Origin: a virus
Virus record (IMG/VR): IMGVR_UViG_3300035701_000001
DNA length: 64,000 nt
Strand: one strand, 5' to 3'
The translations under genes and the position numbers were made by a program. Under the pieces are notes generated by a model that ran no database searches, was not told the origin of the DNA, and saw only the letters and a list, made by a program, of their open reading frames with translations. Positions 1 through 9,203 of the stretch are shown here, piece by piece; the first letter of the stretch is position 1, and every line of letters begins with the position of its first letter.

Positions 1-118
1 GTGTCCAGCCGGACTACCCCCACTGCATGTTCAAGCTGGGAGACGGAGCAGCCTGCGATGCCCAACCCGGAGAGAATGACTGGTTCGTGTGGAAGGCAGG
101 ACAGGAGGAGGTGAGGTG

Positions 119-475
119 ATGGCGGATTTCGAATGTGTCAGGAAAGAAGGTATGAACCTTGTCATCTGGTGGACGTCCAATGCCGAGGCAGATCTCATCG
201 GAGAAGACCCGGAGACAGTGAAGGGCTTTCCCCTGTACCTACGGGATCAGTTCCAGAGCCGACTCGGCCGCAACGGCCGGGGCCGACTCTGGATTCCCCC
301 GCAATTCAGCCAGGAAATCAAGGGGATACCCTGGCCCGAAGGCAAAGACGAAACCCCTCTCGTCCGGTACTGTGCCAAGGCAGCAGGCATCGTCCTCGAC
401 GTGCACGATGTCCCAGTCCTGCTAGGGTTTCCAGGTGTCGTGACGGACCTTTCCCTCCATCAGTGGCTACCCTGA
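119..475 (+). CDS. hypothetical protein
   Basis: GGAGGTGAGG SD before ATG 119; open frame. Confidence 0.65.
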   Translation: MADFECVRKEGMNLVIWWTSNAEADLIGEDPETVKGFPLYLRDQFQSRLGRNGRGRLWIPPQFSQEIKGIPWPEGKDETPLVRYCAKAAGIVLDVHDVPVLLGFPGVVTDLSLHQWLP

Positions 476-530
476 CCTCACCGATGGGAAAGTACGGGTT
501 CGACAGGGTCGATGGACAAAGGAATTTTGG

Positions 531-818
531 ATGGATTGGCTCATTTCGTTCTTTCTCGTTCCCGTGGTCCTCACGTTCCTGGTCCTCTATGGCTGGGCCT
601 TCATCCAACTGGGGTTGCCCCTGTTCGCCTGGATGGGTCGTACCTGGAGTCGGCTTGTCGCTCCGATCACCCATGTCCTGGAGTACGGGGTGCAGACCCG
701 GAGAGAAAAGGCAGTCGTCTGGACCCTCCTCGTAGTATCCCTTGCCTTGGTTTGGTTCTGCATGGCCTCGGGCATCCACGCTTCTCTCTACGAGCCCCCG
801 GCGACAGTCCCTCCATGA
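531..818 (+). CDS. small membrane protein
   Basis: Two or three hydrophobic stretches. Confidence 0.7.
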   Translation: MDWLISFFLVPVVLTFLVLYGWAFIQLGLPLFAWMGRTWSRLVAPITHVLEYGVQTRREKAVVWTLLVVSLALVWFCMASGIHASLYEPPATVPP

Positions 819-832
819 ACGGAGGAATCAGT

Positions 833-861
833 TTGACACAACCTGTATCATAAGATAGAAG
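833..861 (+). promoter_or_regulatory. sigma70-like promoter P1 with operator TGACACA-ACC-TGTATCA
   Basis: TTGACA-17-TAGAAG; palindrome 834-850 with 1 mismatch. Confidence 0.8.
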
Positions 862-866
862 AGACC

Positions 867-1367
867 ATGGCACTCTCCCTCCTCGACATCACGGACACCT
901 CGACGTTTTCCATCTACCTGCTCGTCGCGACGTCCTTTGGCGTCATCGGGGGGGCCATCCTGTTTTTCTCTGTCGTCTTCGCAGGGATGTCCTCGTCCTT
1001 CCATGACTCGGATCGGAGGATTTTCTGGTCCCAGGTACGGTGGGGAGTTGGAACGCTCCTCATGGGGGTCTTCTGGCCTCTGCTCCCGCTTGTTCCCCTC
1101 TACTGGATTCTTCGAGGCTTCCTGCGTATCTCCGGAGTGAGCCCAACGATCGGAACCTGGTGGTACCACCGTCAATTCCAGGCGGAGAAGAGGAAGGAAC
1201 AGCAACAGCGGGAACACCAGGAGCGACAGCGGCAGGAACGGCTGGAACGGAAACGCAAGGAGATCCGGATGGACGGAGCCCTGTCTCTCCCCCAGGAAGA
1301 ACAGGGAATGTTGAGCCTGTGTGACGGGAAAAGACCGACAAAAACAAGCCTCTTGGCAGAGGGGTAG
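867..1367 (+). CDS. membrane protein with charged coiled-coil tail
   Basis: Hydrophobic N-half, QERQRQER-rich C-half; directly after P1. Confidence 0.75.
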   Translation: MALSLLDITDTSTFSIYLLVATSFGVIGGAILFFSVVFAGMSSSFHDSDRRIFWSQVRWGVGTLLMGVFWPLLPLVPLYWILRGFLRISGVSPTIGTWWYHRQFQAEKRKEQQQREHQERQRQERLERKRKEIRMDGALSLPQEEQGMLSLCDGKRPTKTSLLAEG

Positions 1368-1371
1368 GTAG

Positions 1372-1548
1372 ATGGTCGACATCGTGGGAATGCGGGCCTG
1401 GTGTGACAGCGTGGAAGAGATATTCCAGCCACGAGAGAGATTGCCAAAGGGGGAGATACCCCGGCAAATCCCGGAGACATTCCTGGCTGCAACCCTCCGC
1501 TTTCTCCGCTGCTGCTGTGACGAGATGGAAAAGGAAAAAAGGTCATGA
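1372..1548 (+). CDS. small hypothetical protein (58 aa)
   Basis: Translated by hand; TGA overlaps ATG 1545. Confidence 0.5.
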   Translation: MVDIVGMRAWCDSVEEIFQPRERLPKGEIPRQIPETFLAATLRFLRCCCDEMEKEKRS

Positions 1549-1913
1549 GCTTCGTACCCGATCCAGAAGAAGTCGACGCTGCAGTTCTCCGAGGTGACGT
1601 TCAGTGGCTCAAAGATGCTTTTGAGACCGCCAACGAAGAACGGACGAGCCTGATGCACGAGTTGAGTCGGATGCGCCACGACCCAAAAGCACAGGCAGCC
1701 CATCTGCCTCCGATACCGGTCCTCCTCCGGTATGCCGATGGATCGACCGTCGAGCGCCGAATTGTCCCAGAACACACCTGGTACGGAATTCCAGGGGGAA
1801 ATCCACTGGAATGGCAGGGGGAATGCCAGTGGGCCCTCTATGCATGGGACGTGGATCGAAAGGAATATGTTCACCTTTTACTGAAGTGTATGTTGATGAC
1901 CCCGGACCGTTGA
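1545..1913 (+). CDS. hypothetical protein
   Basis: ATGA-coupled ORF. Confidence 0.7.
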   Translation: MSFVPDPEEVDAAVLRGDVQWLKDAFETANEERTSLMHELSRMRHDPKAQAAHLPPIPVLLRYADGSTVERRIVPEHTWYGIPGGNPLEWQGECQWALYAWDVDRKEYVHLLLKCMLMTPDR

Positions 1914-1945
1914 CCTATGAGACCGAGCTTCAGAAGGAACAAATC

Positions 1946-2134
1946 ATGAAAATTTACCAACGAGTCGAAGTTGTGAAGACAGGCAATGTCCCGATAGACA
2001 CCGTACTTCCAAGCGGAGACCCCTACGGAAAGTTGATCGGGATGCGGGGCGTTGTCGTGGGACTGAGCAAAGACTGCAACGGTGGGTGGATTGTTCAGTT
2101 TGATCATGGCAATGTCTATACGCTGTACGACTAG
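1946..2134 (+). CDS. small hypothetical protein
   Basis: AAGGA SD before ATG 1946. Confidence 0.6.
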   Translation: MKIYQRVEVVKTGNVPIDTVLPSGDPYGKLIGMRGVVVGLSKDCNGGWIVQFDHGNVYTLYD

Positions 2135-2140
2135 CATCTC

Positions 2141-2527
2141 ATGGCAATCGAGGAGGAAAAGGCTTCGATTCCACCTGATAAGAAACGGAAGCCCGTCGGC
2201 TACGTCAACATCGAATCGGGTTCCCTGGCCATCTTGGATCAACGGGCAGTGGGTCTGTGTGCCCGGAGCCATGCCACAGATGTCTCCCCGCTCATGGATG
2301 GGGAAGTGAACATCGGAAAACACCTCTACTACGCAGGAACTCGCACGCATATACCGATGGCGGTCCTGCTCTTCGAGGCCCTCGGAGGAGATGGCTGCTT
2401 CCCTGTCTACGTCGAGCGGAGAGAAGACGAGTTCGGGCACGTCATCCACCGAATCCTCATCGAGGTCGAGCACGGCCCCAAGGACGAGGATGAGTGGCAA
2501 AAGCGTGTGAAGGGAGAGATTCCATGA
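2141..2527 (+). CDS. hypothetical protein
   Basis: Open frame in gene chain. Confidence 0.7.
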   Translation: MAIEEEKASIPPDKKRKPVGYVNIESGSLAILDQRAVGLCARSHATDVSPLMDGEVNIGKHLYYAGTRTHIPMAVLLFEALGGDGCFPVYVERREDEFGHVIHRILIEVEHGPKDEDEWQKRVKGEIP

Positions 2528-2805
2528 ACGGGTATGAGCCCTGGACCTACGACGAGCGCCAGCGGTGGTGGACGGCCCTGTACGGCGGCCTGCCCGCCGC
2601 AGTTGTATGGATGGAGGCGTTCCAGCATTGGACCGTCGGGTTCAACGGCAAACCCTTGACCTCCTTCTACACCGACAAGGATGACGAACCGATTGCCGAT
2701 CGGACTCACTTCGAGGATCCCATCGAGGCCATCGTTGCCGTCAACCGGGTCGTCTCGGCACTCGGATTCGAGACCCTTCCCGTTCCCAAGAAAGAAGGTT
2801 TGTGA
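2524..2805 (+). CDS. hypothetical protein
   Basis: ATGA overlaps at both ends. Confidence 0.7.
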   Translation: MNGYEPWTYDERQRWWTALYGGLPAAVVWMEAFQHWTVGFNGKPLTSFYTDKDDEPIADRTHFEDPIEAIVAVNRVVSALGFETLPVPKKEGL

Positions 2806-3683
2806 TGGGCCTCTACGATGTGGACTACCCACTGCCTGACTTGAGCGATCCCCCTTCTGACCGGAAGGAAATGGTGCGGCAGATCATGGAGGAGGGGCTC
2901 TTCCAACCGGTCGATTTCACCTCCTGGATCTGGGAGCGGACGCTATTGACTGGCGATCCCCAGTGGTTCCTGGAGACCTCTCCGCTCCCCGACCTCCCCC
3001 TCTCCGCGATCCTCCTCGTCGCGGAGTCCGCCGTGAACGCGGAAACGGACCCCGAGAAGGCACTCGTTCTGCTCTGGCGCTACCGGGGAAGGAAAAAAGA
3101 GACGATGCGCGCCCTTGAAAAAATCGAAAAGGGTTTCGGACCCAGTACCCCATTGCAGGAGGGGAAGAGCCGGACCTCCACCGAAATTGTCCGCCTCACC
3201 CGTCGCTGTGACGATCTCATGGGCTGGCTCGACCGTGCGCTGCAGGCCCTCGATGCGATCCACCGGGCCCATACATCGGGCGGATGCTGTGATCCGGCCT
3301 GTGCCTGCTGCCTCGAAGAAGACGAGGACTGCGACTGCGGATACTGCGATGCTTCCGAAGATGTGGCAGCCTACGCAGGCAATGTCCGTGAAACCCTTCT
3401 GCACGAGAGGTTGCAGGAACCCCGGAAGCTCACCTGGGTCTGGACCGATGGGACCTGTGGTTCCCAGGCCGACAACGGGGTCCGTGTCAAAGGTAAGGAC
3501 ACGAAAGGATGGTCCGTCCTGTACGGGAACTGTCTGATCGTCGCCTTCGCGACGACCCGTACAGCCGCCAAGCTCTGTGCGGAGGAGATGGGGTTCAAAG
3601 AAATTTGGAAGAAATCACGGGAACTGGAACACAACCCCCTCGGGGACTTGTGCCATGGGTTCGGACAGGACGACGAGGAGTGA
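2802..3683 (+). CDS. hypothetical protein with Cys-rich segment
   Basis: CCDPACACC...CDCGYCD cluster; coupled start. Confidence 0.7.
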   Translation: MMGLYDVDYPLPDLSDPPSDRKEMVRQIMEEGLFQPVDFTSWIWERTLLTGDPQWFLETSPLPDLPLSAILLVAESAVNAETDPEKALVLLWRYRGRKKETMRALEKIEKGFGPSTPLQEGKSRTSTEIVRLTRRCDDLMGWLDRALQALDAIHRAHTSGGCCDPACACCLEEDEDCDCGYCDASEDVAAYAGNVRETLLHERLQEPRKLTWVWTDGTCGSQADNGVRVKGKDTKGWSVLYGNCLIVAFATTRTAAKLCAEEMGFKEIWKKSRELEHNPLGDLCHGFGQDDEE

Positions 3684-3725
3684 TCCTGTCCCTTTTCACA
3701 GCAACATTTTCCTGCGAGGTTCTCC

Positions 3726-3989
3726 ATGCAAAAACGGCCTGACATCGAAGCGTTCCAGAAAACGATGTACCGTTCGAACGAACTGTTCCCCCACACGAAG
3801 ATCACCAAGGACATCTTGGAGATCCTCGCCTACCTGAAGTCTGTGGAACAACAACGCGATGAAGCCCTGATCGCCGTGCGAGAGGATGGATGCCAGGGCT
3901 ATCCTCATGTCTGCGAAGAATGCACGTACAACAACCCTTGCAAGCAGCGAAATGTCCTGGCTGCCGAAGACGAGAGGAACAAGCCATGA
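3726..3989 (+). CDS. hypothetical protein (RPDIE motif, related to 26096 gene)
   Basis: N-terminus MQKRPDIE resembles MVQRPDIEEIRERA at 26096. Confidence 0.7.
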   Translation: MQKRPDIEAFQKTMYRSNELFPHTKITKDILEILAYLKSVEQQRDEALIAVREDGCQGYPHVCEECTYNNPCKQRNVLAAEDERNKP

Positions 3990-4603
3990 ACGGACCGGAA
4001 GCCGATACCCTCGTCGGGCTGGAGAAGCTGTTCGAAAGGGTAGAACGAGAGCGCGACGATGCCTTGGCCATCGTGGCGGAGTACAAAGCCGCACGAGAGG
4101 ATGCACTCAACCTCCGTGAGGAAGCCCGTCGGGAACGCGATGATCTCCAGGCAAAGCTCACGGAGATATCCGGACTTTTCCGTTCCGAGGGGGCTCTCCG
4201 TATCCTGGAAGAACGGAATCGCCAGGTGACTGCCGAGGGCTGGACCCCAGAACATGACGACGGACATGTCCACGGAGAACTCGCCATCCGTGCCGCCGAA
4301 CTGGCGGTGGACGGTACGGATGCCTGGGTAGACGACCCGAACTGTGACAAGGATCCCTGGGGACTTGTCCAGAAACACGGTCACTGCAGTAAAAACGGAG
4401 ATCGCAAGCGGGCACTTGCCATTGCAGGGGCACTGCTGGCGGCGGAACTGGACCGCGTTCTTCGCAAAAATATCCATGCAAAAGCCGAGTTCCTCCACGA
4501 GGAGTACGGTGTGCCCGTGGAACATGCTGTCGGGATGCTCACGGGGAAGAAGCCCATCGGTACTTCCGATGAAGAGAGCGGATCGGGGGAAACCTCCCGA
4601 TGA
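3986..4603 (+). CDS. coiled-coil protein with conserved phage ERxRQxxxEGWTxEHDDxHxxGEL domain
   Basis: Motif EERNRQVTAEGWTPEHDDGHVHGELA...AGALLAAELDR; function not known to me. Confidence 0.8.
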   Translation: MNGPEADTLVGLEKLFERVERERDDALAIVAEYKAAREDALNLREEARRERDDLQAKLTEISGLFRSEGALRILEERNRQVTAEGWTPEHDDGHVHGELAIRAAELAVDGTDAWVDDPNCDKDPWGLVQKHGHCSKNGDRKRALAIAGALLAAELDRVLRKNIHAKAEFLHEEYGVPVEHAVGMLTGKKPIGTSDEESGSGETSR

Positions 4604-4992
4604 CTCGTTTTTTCTGGATGGCGGGCTTCCTGACCCTGTGGCTACTGATTCCACAGGTCTGGACCCTGGGATTCGAAGCAGTGTGGTTGTGGCGTATCTA
4701 CAAGAAGAACGGGAGGAAAGCGTTCTGGTCCGCCCTGGATGCCTTCCTGCACTATTTGGACAACTACCGGCAGGACTTCGGACTGACCGCTGCACGGCTC
4801 GTCGAGCAGGGCCAGATCGTTCGGCCCGCAACGTTTCTTCCCGATATCACCCCCCTTCACATGCTCCTCTGGCCCCTATACTGGCCCTACGATGTCGCAA
4901 CGATTCGCTTCGTCCAGACCGTCTTGCTCGTTGTGCTGGACGAAAATTCTCGAAACAATGAAAACACTCCAACCCATGGAAAATATCCATGA
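4600..4992 (+). CDS. membrane protein
   Basis: Hydrophobic N-terminus and LLWPLYWPY segment. Confidence 0.7.
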   Translation: MTRFFWMAGFLTLWLLIPQVWTLGFEAVWLWRIYKKNGRKAFWSALDAFLHYLDNYRQDFGLTAARLVEQGQIVRPATFLPDITPLHMLLWPLYWPYDVATIRFVQTVLLVVLDENSRNNENTPTHGKYP

Positions 4993-5372
4993 GAACGATC
5001 ACGACACACCACGATAGACACGGGATCAACGACGAGACCGTCATCGAGGTCGATGACAAGGATCCGAACGCGGGGGGAGCCAGCCATCACTACGAGTTGT
5101 CCCGTCCTGTTCCTGGGTGGGGAACCACCAAGACCCACGCTCTCATCGACTTCCAGCATGGTCCCCGCCTGGACTTGAACAGCACTCCCGGCATCCTCGA
5201 TGGGGCCATCCTCGCCGTCCTCATCGACCGCTACGAGTGCTTCCAGGCAGGCCCGTTCGCCTGCCGGGAGAACGCCCTCATCCTCACGAAGCTCCAGGAG
5301 GCGATGCACTGGATGAAGCATCGGGCCGATGAGCGCGCCCAGCGCAACGTGCTTGGCAAAAACGAGAAGTAA
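4989..5372 (+). CDS. tad1: Tad1-family (Acb2/Tad1 hairpin) anti-defence signal sponge
   Basis: GGASHHY, IDFQHGPR, DRYECFQAGPFACRENALILTKLQEAMHWM, RNVLGKNEK match Tad1 motifs as I recall them ([43 protein letters not shown]). Confidence 0.88.
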   Translation: MRTITTHHDRHGINDETVIEVDDKDPNAGGASHHYELSRPVPGWGTTKTHALIDFQHGPRLDLNSTPGILDGAILAVLIDRYECFQAGPFACRENALILTKLQEAMHWMKHRADERAQRNVLGKNEK

Positions 5373-5561
5373 GACATGAACCCGATCTGTGAAAAAAGCG
5401 GCTGTTTCCTGTTCTCCGATGGCACCCCCGAGCGGAAGGAATGCGAGGGCAACTGTTAACTCGAAGGACACGTATATCCGGTTCTTTTGCCCGAATCTCT
5501 CTGCTTCTTTCCGAATCTACTCCGCGAAGACGTTTCACTCGATATACCCAAGGAGAAGGTA

Positions 5562-5795
5562 ATGAAGATCACCTCTCAAGACAAGATCTCCAATCTCATC
5601 GCAGTCAAAGACAACAAGATCCTTGGCTATCTACTGGAAATCGATCTGCGTACGTTCCATTATGTTCAACAAATTCCTACCGAAGGAAAAACCATGGAAG
5701 AGGCAGAGATCCGGAGAGGAGTCGCAGACTTTGTTCTCATTGGAGATCGGAAAAAGGCCAACAAGTTTTTCTTGAAGCATTTCAAGGAAAAATGA
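5562..5795 (+). CDS. hypothetical protein (AT-rich gene)
   Basis: AAGGAGAAGG SD before ATG 5562. Confidence 0.6.
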   Translation: MKITSQDKISNLIAVKDNKILGYLLEIDLRTFHYVQQIPTEGKTMEEAEIRRGVADFVLIGDRKKANKFFLKHFKEK

Positions 5796-5868
5796 GGATG
5801 AACTCAATATATTCTCTTAGAGTACCGATGTTGGAAAACAAGTTATCCACATACCAAAGGACAAGTCA

Positions 5869-6360
5869 ATGCCCGATCAACGAGAAGGAGCCTGGGGATG
5901 GGTCGAGGTGGTCGAACGACGGGTCGTCTTCCCCTCGAACTGGGAAAAAATCTGGTTGCCCGACGGAGAGGTTGTCTCCGTCGCGTACATCAACCAAGAC
6001 ACCGAGGAAATCCACTTCGAAGGATCCAGCCTGGGAAGCCTCCGCCAGAGTTGTACCTGCGATGGGCTCTACCTTTCGAAGGACGGGTCCGGACAGGATG
6101 GATACCGACTCGAACTGGATACCCCCGAGAATCCCATCGGGCACCGGTTCTGGTCCGTCCACAGGGGGGAAAAGACCATTCCCGTGCAGAAAGCCCCTCC
6201 CATACAGGAAGGACTTCCTCCGGACTGCCAGGTTCTCACCCCGGAGGGATGTCGTCTCCTGAACACCCTGCAGCCGGGAGACAAGGTACTCGTCTGGAAC
6301 GATTCCCTCGGAAAATTGGTCGAACGGAACCTTCTGTCCTTCTCCCGGAACGGATCCTAG
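5869..6360 (+). CDS. hypothetical protein ending in a Hint/intein block-A-like fragment
   Basis: C-terminal GLPPDCQVLTPEG...LQPGDKVLVWN. Confidence 0.65.
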   Translation: MPDQREGAWGWVEVVERRVVFPSNWEKIWLPDGEVVSVAYINQDTEEIHFEGSSLGSLRQSCTCDGLYLSKDGSGQDGYRLELDTPENPIGHRFWSVHRGEKTIPVQKAPPIQEGLPPDCQVLTPEGCRLLNTLQPGDKVLVWNDSLGKLVERNLLSFSRNGS

Positions 6361-6382
6361 AAGTTCCAAAGGAGATACGAAG

Positions 6383-6691
6383 ATGACAAGGACAGGATTC
6401 CTCCTCCTTTATGCCTCGGTGACAGGCATGCTTTTCCTGTTCGCGTTCGGATGGATGGTCCAGGTCTTCTACCGTCTCGGAACCTCTGGATTCACCTTCG
6501 GCCCTGCCTGGGACTACGAGATGGACAAAGCCAGGGAAGGACTCCGCTGGGCTGGATGGACAGCCTTCCTCGGCTTGTTCTGGCCGATGGCCCTGGTTGC
6601 CGCTTTCTTGTTCCTCGTCTGGCAGATTGCAGTTCCTTGCTGGACGGGGCTCGAACGATTCTACCAGACATGGCAGGAGCCTCACCGATGA
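6383..6691 (+). CDS. membrane protein
   Basis: Hydrophobic helices, GLFWPM motif similar to gene 867. Confidence 0.72.
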   Translation: MTRTGFLLLYASVTGMLFLFAFGWMVQVFYRLGTSGFTFGPAWDYEMDKAREGLRWAGWTAFLGLFWPMALVAAFLFLVWQIAVPCWTGLERFYQTWQEPHR

Positions 6692-6918
6692 AATTCACCG
6701 CCCGGTTCACCTTGGGTGCCCTCGTTCGCGGTACCGTCCGGCAGAAGCTGAAAGGTTACCTCGCGGGAATCGAGGGAATCTCTTACGACCTGGATGAGGA
6801 CAAGGGATTCCTGGAATCCGACTTCCTGCTCACCGTGAGCGGAGACGACGAACAGATCGTGGAGCGGGTCAAGGCGGACATCCGGGACTACTTCGATCGG
6901 GCAAGGAGGGCCGGATGA
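6688..6918 (+). CDS. small hypothetical protein
   Basis: ATGA overlaps at both ends. Confidence 0.7.
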   Translation: MKFTARFTLGALVRGTVRQKLKGYLAGIEGISYDLDEDKGFLESDFLLTVSGDDEQIVERVKADIRDYFDRARRAG

Positions 6919-7235
6919 ACAACAGCATTCGACAGGGCTCTGACCTCGCACGATTCCAGAGAGAAATCTACGACAACAAGGTCAAAAAGGGCTTCAACGT
7001 CACGGACATTTACCTGGAGTTTTGTTATCTCCACGGAGAAGTGACGGAAGCCTTCGAAAGCTACCTGAAACAAAAACCGAACCAGGGAGAGGAACTCGCT
7101 GATATCGCAATCTTCCTCTTTGGACTCGCAGAGATCCTCCATGTGGATCTCGAAGCTGAGATCCTACGGAAGATGGAGAAGAACAGGAATCGCACCTACG
7201 AAAAAGTGGGAGACGGCTTTGTCAAAAACGAGTGA
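6915..7235 (+). CDS. MazG-like nucleotide pyrophosphohydrolase
   Basis: LHGEVTEAFE...GEELADIAIFLFGLAEILHVDLEAEILRKMEKNRNR: ExxE...ExxD all-alpha NTP-PPase pattern. Confidence 0.85.
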   Translation: MNNSIRQGSDLARFQREIYDNKVKKGFNVTDIYLEFCYLHGEVTEAFESYLKQKPNQGEELADIAIFLFGLAEILHVDLEAEILRKMEKNRNRTYEKVGDGFVKNE

Positions 7236-7257
7236 ATCCGAACCCGAAAAGATGGGG

Positions 7258-7425
7258 ATGAAGAAGAAGGAACCCAACCAGCCGACTTCCCGGTACGGTC
7301 CCTGTCCTGAATGTGGGGATGAATCCTCCCTCATCGTATGGGGCTGGCACGGCATCTACTATGATTTGCAGTGTAAGAACGGCCACGATTGGACCTACAC
7401 ATTTCCAAATAAACAGGAAGGATGA
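7258..7425 (+). CDS. zinc-ribbon protein
   Basis: CPECG...CKNGH. Confidence 0.6.
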   Translation: MKKKEPNQPTSRYGPCPECGDESSLIVWGWHGIYYDLQCKNGHDWTYTFPNKQEG

Positions 7426-7451
7426 TTCCGATGGAGACCAGAGGATAAAAG

Positions 7452-8042
7452 ATGAAAAAACACCTTACCTGGGCCGAAATCGCACACAGAGCAGAAAGTC
7501 CCGTTCCAGAAGAAGGGCCGATCCGAACGATCTTCTGGCACTTCTATGGCCAGACGGGGGGTTTCCCGCGCATCCACTCCTGTCCTGCCTTTCTCGCCAC
7601 AGGTGTCATCGACTACGTCCGACAGCGGCATGGCCTGGAGCCAGTCGAAGTCCTCTGCAACGAGTCGCTTACGATGGATCCAGGAGGAACGCTCTGGGGA
7701 GCGGACCATCCTCACCGCACGGCAAGTTTCGGGGAAGGAGAACAGTCTTACCCCCTTTCCATCCACCCCTACCATGCAGAGACTCTGCTTTCCTGGATCC
7801 CTCAATGCCTGGGCGAACCTGAATACCGGAGAATCTTCGAAGGGGTCCCCTGCCTGAGGGTACCGTCCTTCCCGGCGCAGATCACGGTGTTTCCCCTTTC
7901 GGACTGTGAGGCAATCCTCGCCTTTCTCGATACGCTCCTCCCGGAACACGATGCCATCTGCAAAGAAGCCAAGCATCCTACCCAACGTCTGGGGGGGCCG
8001 AAGATGGAACCACGAATCCAGATGCGGAACCGGAGACCCTGA
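7452..8042 (+). CDS. hypothetical protein
   Basis: GAGGA SD; 196-aa open frame. Confidence 0.7.
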   Translation: MKKHLTWAEIAHRAESPVPEEGPIRTIFWHFYGQTGGFPRIHSCPAFLATGVIDYVRQRHGLEPVEVLCNESLTMDPGGTLWGADHPHRTASFGEGEQSYPLSIHPYHAETLLSWIPQCLGEPEYRRIFEGVPCLRVPSFPAQITVFPLSDCEAILAFLDTLLPEHDAICKEAKHPTQRLGGPKMEPRIQMRNRRP

Positions 8043-8043
8043 A

Positions 8044-8919
8044 ATGCACCCGTACGACCAGAGTCCTTTCGTCGTCCCCCTCTCCCAGGATGACCTCTCT
8101 ACCCTCGCACTCCCCCAGGGAAACTACGGAAATGGAGTGCACATCTCCCGCATGAACGGGAAGTGGCACCTCGAACCGGGAACGAATGAATGGAGGCCCC
8201 CTCGCAGGAAACGGAAGAGGGAATCCACCGTCCGGACCCTTGGGAGCCTGATGCGGGACATGCGGTCCGACCCCCAACCCATTCCCCTCGACTTGGACGA
8301 GGTTGTCCTCTCCCCGCACCCGGCGGATCGCTGGGAGGTGGTCGGGCACTGGAACTTGGCAGGAGCCTGGAGAATCCGGGGAACGGAGGACTGGCCATTC
8401 GGCGGACAGAAGAAGACCTGGGAAGAAGTCCAGGAAGAACCAAGTCCCAAACTCGTGGCCTGCCTGCCGGACGGAACGGTCTTCGTCCCACGCATCCCCT
8501 CTTTCCAGGAGGCCGAAGCCTGGGTCATCGCCCAGGACCTGTCCGTTCCGGAAACCCAGTGCGACTGCGGAAAGGTCCACTGGGGAGCGGGCAAGGTCGT
8601 TGGACTTCTCGTGAGTAACCTCGGATTCCCTGGCAAGCTGCCGATCCCGAACGTGAACCTGATCGTACAGGAACACTGCCGCAAGAACTTCCATGGCAAG
8701 TGCCCCGAGATGGTCCTGGACTTGCGGATTTGCGCATGGCTCCACTGCGTGGAACCCGGAGGGATGAGCCCCCTCGAATGGATGCGGACACGGGGAGATG
8801 AAGAAGCGCGTACGGAGGCGGAGCGGATCCTCGAAGCAACCCGGAAGGCACAAGAGGAAAACGAGGCACAGTGGGCTCTTTTGCGCGCCCGACTTTCAAA
8901 TGGGAAACCCCTGGCATGA
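8044..8919 (+). CDS. hypothetical protein
   Basis: ATG 2 nt after previous stop; about 290 aa. Confidence 0.7.
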   Translation: MHPYDQSPFVVPLSQDDLSTLALPQGNYGNGVHISRMNGKWHLEPGTNEWRPPRRKRKRESTVRTLGSLMRDMRSDPQPIPLDLDEVVLSPHPADRWEVVGHWNLAGAWRIRGTEDWPFGGQKKTWEEVQEEPSPKLVACLPDGTVFVPRIPSFQEAEAWVIAQDLSVPETQCDCGKVHWGAGKVVGLLVSNLGFPGKLPIPNVNLIVQEHCRKNFHGKCPEMVLDLRICAWLHCVEPGGMSPLEWMRTRGDEEARTEAERILEATRKAQEENEAQWALLRARLSNGKPLA

Positions 8920-9203
8920 ACAGGCCAAACTTCTCGGACTCCGCGTCCTCCGCGTCCTCTGCGGTGGAAAAGAAGGGCAGGATCACCACGAAGAACACGA
9001 AGAACACGAAGGATCGGTCCGAACTCCGCGTTCTCCGCGTTCTCTGCGGTGGAAAAGAAGGGCAGAATCACCACGAAGAACACGAAGAACACGAAGGATC
9101 GGACGGACCAAACTCCGCGTTCTCCGCGTCCTCTGCGGTGGAAAAGAAGGGCAGGATCACCACGAAGAACACGAAGAACACGAAGAAGGAAACCAAGGCA
9201 TGA
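8916..9203 (+). CDS. ORF made almost entirely of the palindromic repeat cluster
   Basis: ATG overlaps TGA 8919 and its TGA overlaps ATG 9200; coding status uncertain. Confidence 0.35.
   Translation: MNRPNFSDSASSASSAVEKKGRITTKNTKNTKDRSELRVLRVLCGGKEGQNHHEEHEEHEGSDGPNSAFSASSAVEKKGRITTKNTKNTKKETKA
8939..9185. repeat. Repeat cluster R1: three 73-bp imperfect palindromes (27-19-27)
   Basis: CTCCGCGTYCTCCGCGTYCTCTGCGGT-N19-ACCACGAAGAACACGAAGAACACGAAG at 8939, 9024, 9113. Confidence 0.95.

Noticed and set aside
3986-4603. Tad2 assignment for the EGWTPEHDD protein
   Set aside because: Tad2 is the DUF2829-type family, whose motifs are absent here; left as unknown.
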